Below, piece by piece: positions 48,033-57,147 of a stretch of DNA of 64,000 nucleotides. The stretch spans positions 224,001-288,000 of the forward strand of contig JAVJQW010000043.1 in NCBI GenBank assembly GCA_040218735.1, in the 5' to 3' direction. The first letter of the stretch is position 1. Each line of letters begins with the position of its first letter. The translations under genes were made by a program, and so were the position numbers. The notes under the pieces were generated by a model, which was given only the letters and a program-made list of their open reading frames with translations, was not told where the DNA came from and did not search any database. Origin of the DNA: Deltaproteobacteria bacterium (GTDB lineage: Bacteria > Myxococcota > Kuafuiibacteriia > Kuafuiibacteriales > Kuafuiibacteriaceae).

Positions 48033-48934
48033 GGCGCTGGATCCTCCTGCTGCTGATCGCGTGGCCGACGTCGGCGCTCGCGGACGTCGAGGCCGACGCG
48101 CGCCGTGAGTTCGAGGCGGGGACGGCCGCGCTCAAGACGGGGCGCTTCGCGGCGGCGCGTGACAACTTCCGGCGGGCGTTGGCGCTCGTCCCGAAGGCGG
48201 CGTCCGCGTTCAACCTCGGCGTCGCGCTCCGCGGCACGGGCGAGCCGGTCGAGGCTGTGCAGATGTTCGAGTCATTGCTCGCCGAGGAGTACGGCGCCCT
48301 TCAGCCCGCGCAGCGCGACCAGCTCGAAGTGTTGCTCGGCGAGACGCGCGCGGAGATCGCGACCCTCGAAGTGCGCATCGCGGGCGCCCCGGTCGCGGAG
48401 CTGAAGATCGACGGGCGCCGCGTCCGTGATCTCGTCGAGGGCGAAACTCACGTGCAGCCGGTGGATCCGAACGGCTACGTCGTGCGCGCGACGGCGCCGC
48501 AGCGCTTGCCGGCCGAGGAGCGCGTGCAGCTCGGGCGCGGCGCGACGGTGCGTGTGGAGCTCGAGCTCGTCGAGCCGCCGCAGGTCGCGACGCTCGTGGT
48601 GGACGGGGCGCCCGGCGATCTGATTCGTGTGGACGGCATCGGGGAGGGCAGCGTTCCATTCGAGCGAACGGTTGCTCCGGGGGCGTACCACATCGTCGCG
48701 ACGGGACCGTCCGGAGAGCGCGCCACGGACGTTACCGTCGAGGCCGGCCAGACCCTGCGCGTGCGCCTCGAAGCCGAGCCGCCCGGTCTGGTCTCGAGCC
48801 CGTGGTTCTGGGGCGCCGTGGTGGTGGTCGCGGCGGGGCTCACCGCGACGACCGTCGTGCTCGCTCAGGATCGCACCACGGATCCGGTGCGAGATCCCAC
48901 GTACGGCGTCGTCAGCGCGCTCCGTGTTCGATGA
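48029..48934 (+). CDS. TPR + PEGA domain protein
   Basis: Signal peptide, TPR (FNLGVAL), two PEGA-like repeats, SPWFWG tail; GTGA overlap with kinase stop. Confidence 0.9.
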   Translation: MRRWILLLLIAWPTSALADVEADARREFEAGTAALKTGRFAAARDNFRRALALVPKAASAFNLGVALRGTGEPVEAVQMFESLLAEEYGALQPAQRDQLEVLLGETRAEIATLEVRIAGAPVAELKIDGRRVRDLVEGETHVQPVDPNGYVVRATAPQRLPAEERVQLGRGATVRVELELVEPPQVATLVVDGAPGDLIRVDGIGEGSVPFERTVAPGAYHIVATGPSGERATDVTVEAGQTLRVRLEAEPPGLVSSPWFWGAVVVVAAGLTATTVVLAQDRTTDPVRDPTYGVVSALRVR

Positions 48935-49016
48935 TCGGGTTTATCCGCCCGCGGGCGAGAAATCCTCGCGATGAAACCCCCGGGGCGCTAGCGTCGTACC
49001 CGGTGAGCCCCCTCTC

Positions 49017-50825
49017 GTGACTGCGCCAGGCACAGCAGGCCTCGTGGGCCGCGTCATCGACGGCAAGCTCCGCCTCGACAAGCTCCTCGGTGCGGGGGCG
49101 AGCGGTGCGGTCTATCGCGCGCACCACCTCGCGCTCGATAAACCCGTCGCGATCAAGGTCCTGCACGCGACGCACAACCTCGACCCGAACCTGGTCGGGC
49201 GCTTCAAGGCCGAAGCGCGCGCGGCGAGCCGGCTCGACCACCCCAACAGCATCCGCATCCTCGACTTCGGAGAGGACGGCGACGACCGGCTCCTCTACAT
49301 CGCGATGGAGTTCGTCGACGGCGAGGACCTGCAGTCCCTGCTCGAACGCGAGCCGCGCCTGGAGTCGTGGCGAATCGCCGCGATCATGGTGCAGACCGTC
49401 GGGGCGCTCGCGGTCGCGCACGACCAGGGTGTCGTCCACCGCGACCTCAAACCCGGCAACATCATGTTGATCCGCGAGGAGGCGGAGGACGGCGTCCGCG
49501 AAGTCGTCAAGGTGTGTGACTTCGGGCTCGCGAAGATCCTCGACGTCAACCCGGACGAGCTCACGAACGGCCCGCTCACCAAACAAGGTGTGATCTTCGG
49601 GACGCCGACGTACATGGCGCCGGAGCAGGCGAGCGGCGAGAAGGTCGACGGGCGCGCGGACATGTACGCCGCGGGCGTCATCATGTTCCGGATGGCGACC
49701 GGCGAGGCGCCGTTCAAGGCCGACAACACCACCGGGCTCCTGATGAAACACATCATGGAGCCGGCGCCGAAGGTGCTCACGGTCGCGCCGACGGTGGATC
49801 CGGAGCTCGCCGCGATCATCGATCGCTGCCTGCTGAAGGACCCCGACGATCGCTACGCGTCGATGCACGATCTTCTGCACGCGATCCGGCCCATCGCCGC
49901 GCGCGCACCGATCGACGCCACGCCGCTCATCGCGAGCGCGCTCCCGCGCGGTCGGAGCGTGACGATGGGGCCGCCGGCCACGACCGCGGAGTCGGTGGAC
50001 GTCACGGTCTCGAGCGCAGGCGCAGTGCCGCTCGCCGAGCCCGCACCGGCGAACCGCGGGCTGACGATGATCGCGCTCGCCGGGACGCTGCTCCTGTTGG
50101 GCGTGGGCGCTGCGTTTGCGTTCGTGGTGCTGGACCGTGAGCCGGTCACGACGGAGCTCGCCGACCTGAAGCCCCCCAACGACACGGAACCGGAGCCGCC
50201 CGCGAAGCCGGTCGCGGTGCTGCCGCCGCGCGACGCCGGCGTCGCGCCGCGCGACGCGGGTGTCGAGCCACCGCCACCTCCGCCGCCACCGAAGAAGGCG
50301 CCCCCCAAGAAGCGCGCGCCGACGAAGAAGTCGCCGCCGCCCCCGCCTCCTCCTCCGCATCCGGTCGAGCCGCCGCCGCCACCGGCCGTGAAGCCTTCGC
50401 CGCCGCCGCCGGCGAAGATCGACACTCCGGTGAAGATCGATCCGGCGCCGCCGGTGAAGATCATCCCGCCGCCGCCTTCGAAGCCGAAGCTCGGCGACAA
50501 CTTCCGGATGTCGGCGAAGCTCTCGAACATCGACGTGAGCGGGGGACTGTCGAAGAACCGCACCACGGTCGCCGTGGAGCGGACGATGGGCGACATCACC
50601 AAGTGCCTGCGCAAAGCGATCGCCGAGCTGGGTGAACCGACCAGCGGCGTGCTCACCGTGAAGGGGAAGATCTCGGTGCGCGGTCGCTACGAGAACGTGA
50701 CGGTCACCAGCCCGCTGCGCGCCGCGAACGAGTGTGTCCGCGAGGTCGTCCGCGACATCCACCCGCCGAAGCCGGACACCGGCGCCGCGTACCTCACGTT
50801 CCAGGTCCTCTTCAGCGGGAAGTGA
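49017..50825 (+). CDS. Ser/Thr protein kinase with AgmX/PglI-like C-terminal domain
   Basis: GAGASG, HRDLKPGN, DFG, GTPTYMAPE, TM, Pro-rich linker, two-Cys TonB_C-like tail. Confidence 0.93.
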   Translation: MTAPGTAGLVGRVIDGKLRLDKLLGAGASGAVYRAHHLALDKPVAIKVLHATHNLDPNLVGRFKAEARAASRLDHPNSIRILDFGEDGDDRLLYIAMEFVDGEDLQSLLEREPRLESWRIAAIMVQTVGALAVAHDQGVVHRDLKPGNIMLIREEAEDGVREVVKVCDFGLAKILDVNPDELTNGPLTKQGVIFGTPTYMAPEQASGEKVDGRADMYAAGVIMFRMATGEAPFKADNTTGLLMKHIMEPAPKVLTVAPTVDPELAAIIDRCLLKDPDDRYASMHDLLHAIRPIAARAPIDATPLIASALPRGRSVTMGPPATTAESVDVTVSSAGAVPLAEPAPANRGLTMIALAGTLLLLGVGAAFAFVVLDREPVTTELADLKPPNDTEPEPPAKPVAVLPPRDAGVAPRDAGVEPPPPPPPPKKAPPKKRAPTKKSPPPPPPPPHPVEPPPPPAVKPSPPPPAKIDTPVKIDPAPPVKIIPPPPSKPKLGDNFRMSAKLSNIDVSGGLSKNRTTVAVERTMGDITKCLRKAIAELGEPTSGVLTVKGKISVRGRYENVTVTSPLRAANECVREVVRDIHPPKPDTGAAYLTFQVLFSGK

Positions 50826-50943
50826 TCCAGTCCGCGAGCTCGACGGACGCCTGCTGCAACGTCTCCGACATCGCGTCGAACGGATGTGCGGCGAGCGCCA
50901 GACCCGCGGCGAAGATCCAAACGACGACACGATTCGACAGCAT
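50812..50943 (-). CDS. Small 43-aa putative membrane/exported peptide
   Basis: MLSNRVVVWIFAAGLALAAHPFDAMSETLQQASVELADWITSR; GC3-rich; starts 6 nt after the upstream stop; not in the track. Confidence 0.5.
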   Translation of the reverse strand: MLSNRVVVWIFAAGLALAAHPFDAMSETLQQASVELADWITSR

Positions 50944-50949
50944 GACCGT

Positions 50950-51588
50950 TCAGTTGGACGGCGGCGCGGCGTTTATGATTCGACGCTTCGTCGACAGCCA
51001 CGCGACGCGCGCGCCCGCGGGATCGACCAGCCCGAACGCATACAGCTCGAACAGGAGCGCAGCCTGGAACGTGTATGCGCCGTCCGGGCGATCGTCGCAG
51101 GCCGCGGTGCCGGCGAGCCTGCGGCCTGCCGACGCCGGACAGTCGGCGTGCCGGTACCCGTCGCCGTCCGCGTGCCGTGCCTCGTGGACCAGCGCGTAGA
51201 TTCGCTCGAGGGGGTCGAGCGCGAAGAACGCCTCCGTGACCGCGATCGTGTGCTCGCCGTCGTAGACGGCGACGGTCCAGGCGTCGTCGACGCGGACACG
51301 GTGCACCCGTCGACTCCACCACGCGAGGAGCGCGGGGCCGTCGAAGTCGAAGCCGAAGGTGCGGGAGAAGGTCGACGCCGCGCGGTAGTCGTCGGCGTCG
51401 ATGGCGAGGGAGGACGCCGCCAGCCCTTCGATGTCGCGCAGCGTTCGTTCGAATAGAACGCGCTGCTCGGCGTCGAAGCCCACGAGGGTCGTGGACGCGT
51501 CGCCGACGGCGAGCGCGCCCTGGTGTGTCGCGCAGCTCGTGAGGAGTAACGACGCGACGGCGGCCCTGAGGGCATCGCGGGCGGTCAT
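50950..51588 (-). CDS. Hypothetical lipoprotein with HEXXH motif
   Basis: LLTSC lipobox; LVHEARH...H..C...ACD...GAY; ATGA overlap with the PBP stop. Confidence 0.75.
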   Translation of the reverse strand: MTARDALRAAVASLLLTSCATHQGALAVGDASTTLVGFDAEQRVLFERTLRDIEGLAASSLAIDADDYRAASTFSRTFGFDFDGPALLAWWSRRVHRVRVDDAWTVAVYDGEHTIAVTEAFFALDPLERIYALVHEARHADGDGYRHADCPASAGRRLAGTAACDDRPDGAYTFQAALLFELYAFGLVDPAGARVAWLSTKRRIINAAPPSN

Positions 51589-53870
51589 GGCGCCGTGCTC
51601 GTTCTCGTCTCGCCCCTGAGCTCGACGCCGAGCGGCAATGAACCACGGCGTGGGCGCGGGAGCACGGTGCGCGTGTTGGGCCCGCGAGCCAGCGCGATCC
51701 AGTGCCCTTCGAAGGGGACCAGGACGGCTTCGTCGGGCACAGGGTGTTGGGCGGGTGTGTCGGCCTCCAGCGCTTCGACGATCGCCTTCCAGGCGGGGAG
51801 GGCAGCGCGTCCGCCGGTCTCTCGATCTCCGAGCGTCGCCGGGCCATCGGTTCCGATCCAGATGCCGACCGTGTGGGTTGGCGTGAACCCGACGAACCAT
51901 GCGTCCACGTAGTCGTTCGTCGTCCCGGTCTTTCCGGCCCGCGAGTGCTCGGGGTCGAAGGCGGCGCGGGCCGTACCGGAGCGGACGACGTTTTCGAGCA
52001 TGTCGATCAACTCGAACGCGATGCCCGTCGGGAGCACCTGGTCGGGCGGCTCCGGCGCGGCGAACGCTGCGACCTCTTGCATCGGCTCGCCTTCTGCATC
52101 GACCAGGCTGGTGACGTAAACGGGCCGAAAACGACGGCCCTGGCGGGCCACGGTTGCAAACGCGGTCACCTGCTCCATGAGGGTGACCTCGGCGCTTCCC
52201 AGCGCGATCGTGGGGTCGCGGCGAAGCGGCGAGGTGACACCCAACGCGTTGGCGGTGTGGATGACGTCGTCGACACCCACGTCGAGGAGCAGTCGAATCG
52301 CGACCGTGTTGATGCTCTTCGCGAATGCGGTGCGGAGCGGAAGTCGTCCGCGGTACGTGTTGTCGAAGTTCTTCGGACGCCAGCGCGTCCGCCCGCCCCC
52401 GGGGAGGTCGATCGGGGCGTCGACGACGATGTCGAGCTGATTGCGTCCGTGTAGCAACGCCGCCGCGTAGACGTAGAGTTTGAAGCTGCTCCCGGGTTGT
52501 CGCCGCGCCTGCGTGGCCCGCACGAACCCCTCCAGGCGGTCTTCGTAGCCACCGACGAGGGCGATGACCCGCTGCGAGCGATGGTCGACGACGATCGCCG
52601 CGCCTTCCGCCCACGGACGCCGGTCGAGGCGCACGGTGCGGTCCTCGACGAGACACACGGAAAGAACGTCGCCCGGTTGGACCTCGAGCGCTCCTTGGCG
52701 CCCGTCTCTCGAACGAACGAGCCGTTCCGCCTCGGGCATCGCGAAGCGATACGGGCCGGCGCGCAGCGCGCCGAGTCCGTCCCGACCGACGAGCGCTTCG
52801 AAACACTCGTCGCGGCGCGGAGGGAGCGGGGCCAACGTCTCGGGGTTGCGTCGTAGCCCCGGCGCTCGCGCGTAGAACGCATCGTACCGCTCCGGCGTCA
52901 GCTGTCGGATCGCACCGCGCTGGCCTTGCCGACGATCGAGTGCCTCGAGCGCGTCGCGAACGGCGCGCTCGGCCACGGCCTGAACGTCCATGCGGAGCGG
53001 GGTACCGACCCGCATCCCGGCCACGGTCGGTCGCTGAGGACCCAGCACCTTGCGAAGCTCTCGCCGTACCTGAGTGATGTACCCGACGCCGATCTCGCGC
53101 TGCGTGGGGTCACCGCGGGGAATGGCAACGGGGTCGTCGAGGAACGTGTCCGCGGTCTCCCGTGGCAGGTGGCCGTCCTCGACGAGCTGATCCAGGACGA
53201 TTCGGCGCCGCTGCTCGGCGAGGTGCGGATTCGTGCGCGGGGAGTAACGTGATGGCGCCGGGACGAGCCCCGCGATCAGCGCTGCTTGACCCGCGTTGAG
53301 GTTCGCCGCGCCGACACCGTAGTAGTCTCGGGCTGCCGCTTCGACGCCGTAGTTGCCGGCGCCGAGGTAGACGAAGTTGATGTACAGCTCGAGGAGCTGC
53401 GGCTTGCTCAGCTCGTCCTCGAGGCGGTAGGCGAGCACCGCCTCTCGCATCTTGCGGAGGTACGAACGCTCGCGGCCCACGAGGAGGTTCTTCACGAGCT
53501 GCTGCGTGATCGTCGAGCCACCCTGGACGGACTCACCCGCGCGGATGTTCTCCACGAGCGCGCGCGCCGTGCCGAGCCAGTCCACGCCGCGGTGGGAGAA
53601 GAACCGGCGGTCCTCCGCGGAGACGAACGCCTGCGCGACGAACGGCGGCAGGGGTTCGAGGTCCACCCAGATCCGACGTTCGAGGTAGAACTCGTCGACG
53701 ACTTCACCGGACGCGTCCGTAATCAGGCATCCTAGCGGGGGCCGCCAATCGCGGAACCGAGAGAGGTCGGTCGGCAACGTGCTGAGCACGTTCGTCTGAA
53801 ACCACCACCATGCGCCGCCCGCGATGCCGACGAAGACGATGAGCACGATGAGGAGTCGACGACGGCCCAT
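51585..53870 (-). CDS. mrcA: Class A penicillin-binding protein (PBP1A family)
   Basis: EDRRFFSHRG, GGSTITQQLVKN, RKMRE, GSSFK, SIN, KTGT. Confidence 0.93.
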   Translation of the reverse strand: MGRRRLLIVLIVFVGIAGGAWWWFQTNVLSTLPTDLSRFRDWRPPLGCLITDASGEVVDEFYLERRIWVDLEPLPPFVAQAFVSAEDRRFFSHRGVDWLGTARALVENIRAGESVQGGSTITQQLVKNLLVGRERSYLRKMREAVLAYRLEDELSKPQLLELYINFVYLGAGNYGVEAAARDYYGVGAANLNAGQAALIAGLVPAPSRYSPRTNPHLAEQRRRIVLDQLVEDGHLPRETADTFLDDPVAIPRGDPTQREIGVGYITQVRRELRKVLGPQRPTVAGMRVGTPLRMDVQAVAERAVRDALEALDRRQGQRGAIRQLTPERYDAFYARAPGLRRNPETLAPLPPRRDECFEALVGRDGLGALRAGPYRFAMPEAERLVRSRDGRQGALEVQPGDVLSVCLVEDRTVRLDRRPWAEGAAIVVDHRSQRVIALVGGYEDRLEGFVRATQARRQPGSSFKLYVYAAALLHGRNQLDIVVDAPIDLPGGGRTRWRPKNFDNTYRGRLPLRTAFAKSINTVAIRLLLDVGVDDVIHTANALGVTSPLRRDPTIALGSAEVTLMEQVTAFATVARQGRRFRPVYVTSLVDAEGEPMQEVAAFAAPEPPDQVLPTGIAFELIDMLENVVRSGTARAAFDPEHSRAGKTGTTNDYVDAWFVGFTPTHTVGIWIGTDGPATLGDRETGGRAALPAWKAIVEALEADTPAQHPVPDEAVLVPFEGHWIALARGPNTRTVLPRPRRGSLPLGVELRGETRTSTAP

Positions 53871-55428
53871 GCGACAGCGGATGGTGTACGCGGTCTTCGC
53901 GCTCCATGCCACGGCGGCGTGTACCAATCCGCAACCGGACGCTCAGCCGCTCGTCGCACCGAAACCCGAAGCGCCGCCGTTGGTTCGCCTCGCGCTCGAC
54001 GTGAAGGTCGACGCATCCACCGACGCTGCGACGTCCGCGGCCGGCATCGTCGCTGCGCTCGTCGAGCTCGGCCTCGTAGATCTACCGGGTGTCGTACCGG
54101 TCATTGCGAACAGCACCGTCGCGCCGAGCCTCGGCCTCGCGCGCGATCCGTCCACGGTGAAGTATCGCGGCCGATTGGAGGTCCGGCTCGACGCCGAGCG
54201 AATTCGTGCGGTTGTCACGATGTGCCGCTCCGGGACCTCCGACTGCGCGGAGCACCACGCCGACTCCGCGCGTGAACGCCCCGATCTGGTCGCGGCGTCG
54301 ATCATGAATGCACTTGCGGCCCGCTTCGACCGGACCGTGAACGAGGCTGTCGCCCAAGGCTGGTCACGCGCGCTTTCCAAGGACCCGTACGCGGTCGTCG
54401 TCGCGGGCCGCGCGGCGGCGCGATGGTACGGACTCTCGGGGGCACCAGCGATCGAACCCCGACCGGAGGACGTGAGAAACGATCCGTTCGCGCGCGCGGT
54501 CTTCCTCGATCCCCAGCTCGCGGTCGCGCAGTGGATGCTCGCGCGTTCGAGGGTCGCGCGCGGTGACTTGAAGGCGGCGGCGGCGGCGCTGGAGATGGCG
54601 CGTCGGGTCGAGCCACAGCGCGTCGCGTTCGCGGCGGACTTCGCCGTACTCGCGGCCCCCGCCGGGCGGGATCCCGCGCCCGCGTGGACCGACCTCGAAC
54701 GGAGCGCGCCCGCCGATCTTCGCTTCACGCTCGCGCGGGCCGAGACGGACCTCGCGCTCGCTCGGGGCCGCGACGTCGTGTCACGCCTCGACGCCGCCCC
54801 CGAGCGGATCCGAAACGTCGCCGAAGCGCTGCGACTCCGCGTGCTGGCGTTGGAGCAGCTCGGCGCGACGGTGGACGATGCGCTGCTGGAAGCCTGGGCG
54901 CTCAGCGCGCCGTCCGACCCGGAACCGATCCGGCGCCGGCTACGTCGTGAGGTCGAAGCGCGCGCCTACGACGCCGCGTTCGAGAGCGCGCGCGAGCTGG
55001 ACCGCCGCGGCGTTCACGAGGAGGCGCTGCGCGCGATGATGGCCGCGGCGCTCGCGGCGGGCCGCTACGCAGACGCGGCGGAGGCCGCGCGCGCCGTTGG
55101 CGATCCGAGCACCGCGGCGCGTATCGAGCTTCGAGGGCGTCTGGAGCGCGGCGAAGTCGTGCTCTACGATGCCGTCGAGGGTAGCGATCGTAGCGCCTTG
55201 CTCGCACGCGGCGCGCTCGCCCTGGAGGGCGGCGAACATCCCGAGGCCGTCCGCGCAGCGTCGATGCTCCTCGCGCGCGAGCCGTGGGACCCTCGCGCGC
55301 TCGAGCTCCTCGTTCACGCCGCGCGCGCTCAGGGGGACACAAACCTCGCGGAGTCGTCACTTCGTAGGCTGATGCTCGCGGATCCCGAACGCGCTGACCG
55401 TGCTCGTGGTCAGCACCGCGGCCGGTAG
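53869..55428 (+). CDS. TPR-repeat putative lipoprotein
   Basis: MRQRMVYAVFALHATAAC, then helical TPR-like repeats; start may be 53881. Confidence 0.7.
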   Translation: MRQRMVYAVFALHATAACTNPQPDAQPLVAPKPEAPPLVRLALDVKVDASTDAATSAAGIVAALVELGLVDLPGVVPVIANSTVAPSLGLARDPSTVKYRGRLEVRLDAERIRAVVTMCRSGTSDCAEHHADSARERPDLVAASIMNALAARFDRTVNEAVAQGWSRALSKDPYAVVVAGRAAARWYGLSGAPAIEPRPEDVRNDPFARAVFLDPQLAVAQWMLARSRVARGDLKAAAAALEMARRVEPQRVAFAADFAVLAAPAGRDPAPAWTDLERSAPADLRFTLARAETDLALARGRDVVSRLDAAPERIRNVAEALRLRVLALEQLGATVDDALLEAWALSAPSDPEPIRRRLRREVEARAYDAAFESARELDRRGVHEEALRAMMAAALAAGRYADAAEAARAVGDPSTAARIELRGRLERGEVVLYDAVEGSDRSALLARGALALEGGEHPEAVRAASMLLAREPWDPRALELLVHAARAQGDTNLAESSLRRLMLADPERADRARGQHRGR

Positions 55429-56070
55429 GACGGGGTGCGGCGTGCACACGCAACGGCCCGCGTCTACGCAGGCCTCCCGACCCACGATGGCGACGCCGCC
55501 GTGCACCGCCGACCGATCCGGACATACGGAGAGACCGGCCGGGACGACGACCGCGTTGTTGGCGTCGGCGTCACCCAGGCCCGGGGCGCCCGTGAGGGTG
55601 TGGGGACAGGTGGCGAGCCTCGGTTCGACGAAGCGTTCGTGCCAGGCGCGAAGCTCGAGGTGTCGGTCGGCGGCAGCCTCCGCGTGGGCCACGAGCGAGG
55701 TGATCTGACGCGCGTGGTCCGCCGCGAGCAACGGAGCGATCGTGGCGGCCTTCGCGAGGCGCCCGAGCTCGGCGCCCGCGACGCGGGCGACTTGGGCGTC
55801 GCGGGTGTGTCGCCCGAGGAGTAAGTCCGCCCGCGTCAGGAGCGAGGCGATGTCCGTCGTGCAGCGCTTCTGAGGTTCGGCGCGCCATCGGATGGCGAGG
55901 GCGTTGTGCACGCGCGCCACGGCGCGCCGAACGGTCAGCTCGTCGTCGACGAGTCGCTCGACCCGGCGCTGCTCCCGAAGGAGCAGGTCGACGTCAGGCG
56001 CGAGGTCGGTCGCGGGCTGAGCGACGACGAGCGCAGCGACGATGAGAGGCCAGGGCGGCATCCGCGTCAC
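55357..56070 (-). CDS. Hypothetical exported protein, helical with Cys-rich tail
   Basis: Signal-like N-terminus; CP..S...G......G.EAC.....C.C tail. Confidence 0.65.
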   Translation of the reverse strand: MTRMPPWPLIVAALVVAQPATDLAPDVDLLLREQRRVERLVDDELTVRRAVARVHNALAIRWRAEPQKRCTTDIASLLTRADLLLGRHTRDAQVARVAGAELGRLAKAATIAPLLAADHARQITSLVAHAEAAADRHLELRAWHERFVEPRLATCPHTLTGAPGLGDADANNAVVVPAGLSVCPDRSAVHGGVAIVGREACVDAGRCVCTPHPVLPAAVLTTSTVSAFGIREHQPTK

Positions 56071-56094
56071 TGCAACACGTCGTGCTCTCGCGAT

Positions 56095-56649
56095 CTACTC
56101 GTCGGTCGAGCCGCGGATCGTCGCGACCGCGGTGCGGTCGACGAGGACCCGGAACTCGGCGCGGCGGTTCTTCGACCAGGCGGTCTCATCCGTGCCGCGG
56201 GCGATCGGGCGCTCCTTGCCGAACGAGATGATCGCGAGGCGGGCCTGCTCGACGCCGGCCTTGGCCATGTAGTCGCGGATCGCCTTGGCCCGGCGCTCGC
56301 CGAGGCTGAGGTTGTACTCCGTGGTGCCGCGGTCGTCGCAGTGGCCCTGGATCTCCACCGTCACGTCCGGGTGAGCGCGCATCAGCTCCGTGTTGGCGAG
56401 GAGGACCTCGCGGGTCGCGGGGGAGAGCGTCGCCGAGTCGAACTCGAAGTGCACGCGGCGGAAGTTGTCGACGATCGTCGAAATCGCCGCCGCCGTGGCG
56501 GCCTCGGTGGGCTTCGGCGCCTGGGTCGTGGCCGCGCCCGCCGGGGTGACCGGGGGTCGCGACTCGGCCTCGGGCTTGGTGCTGGAGCAACCCAGCGTCA
56601 GTCCGACGACGGCGCCGATGAGGAAGCGGTGAGTGGTCTGAGTGAACAT
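56095..56649 (-). CDS. pal: Peptidoglycan-associated lipoprotein Pal (OmpA family)
   Basis: LTLGC, VHFEFDS, QGHCDDRGTTEYNLSLGERRA, SFGKERP, NRRAEF. Confidence 0.93.
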   Translation of the reverse strand: MFTQTTHRFLIGAVVGLTLGCSSTKPEAESRPPVTPAGAATTQAPKPTEAATAAAISTIVDNFRRVHFEFDSATLSPATREVLLANTELMRAHPDVTVEIQGHCDDRGTTEYNLSLGERRAKAIRDYMAKAGVEQARLAIISFGKERPIARGTDETAWSKNRRAEFRVLVDRTAVATIRGSTDE

Positions 56650-56667
56650 GGTTCGCCGCTGCCGGAG

Positions 56668-56683
56668 AGCACCCCGCGTGCCA
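56668..56683 (-). promoter_or_regulatory. sigma54 -24/-12 promoter for pal
   Basis: TGGCACGCGGGGTGCT (GG-N10-GC) just upstream of the pal ATG. Confidence 0.75.
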
Positions 56684-56780
56684 ACCACGGAGGTGCCGTG
56701 CGGCGCGCAGTTTTCGACGTGCGCCCGAGAGGGCCTCGCAGTCCTTGCGTCGCGCGCCGCCGTCGCCTGTACGAGGCCCG

Positions 56781-56796
56781 CGGCACGCGCGATGCA
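56781..56796 (+). promoter_or_regulatory. sigma54 -24/-12 promoter for small lipoprotein
   Basis: CGGCACGCGCGATGCA (GG-N10-GC), followed by GAGGA SD and ATG 56823. Confidence 0.7.
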
Positions 56797-56822
56797 GATC
56801 GCTCGGTTCAGAGGACGACTCC

Positions 56823-57047
56823 ATGATGCGCACCTTCACCTTGGCCTTCATCATCGCCGTGATTCTGTTCGCGTCGGCCTGCAAGGACGCGAAGCACAAA
56901 ATCACCGCCTCGCCGACCGAGATCGCGACGCCCGCCTCCGAGGAGCGCTCCGGCGGCGTCTGGGGCGACGAGGACGACGCGGCCGCCGAGCTCCCCGCGG
57001 ACGACGAGTCCGCCGGCGAACCCGGCGCGTCCGGCCTCGCCGAGTAG
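56823..57047 (+). CDS. Small acidic lipoprotein
   Basis: MMRTFTLAFIIAVILFASAC, then an acidic disordered tail. Confidence 0.7.
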   Translation: MMRTFTLAFIIAVILFASACKDAKHKITASPTEIATPASEERSGGVWGDEDDAAAELPADDESAGEPGASGLAE

Positions 57048-57147
57048 GCTCGACGCCGCGACGAAGAATCTGCGTCGCGACGCACAGGCTGCGCGAATGT
57101 CGACGACCCTGCTTGCCAAGGCCTTCCTGGCGTTGGACACACGGCGA

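Noticed and set aside
50950-52806. 618-aa ORF overlapping PBP1A
   Set aside because: The real gene starts at ATG 51588 (lipobox, ATGA coupling); the rest is an Arg-rich off-frame extension.
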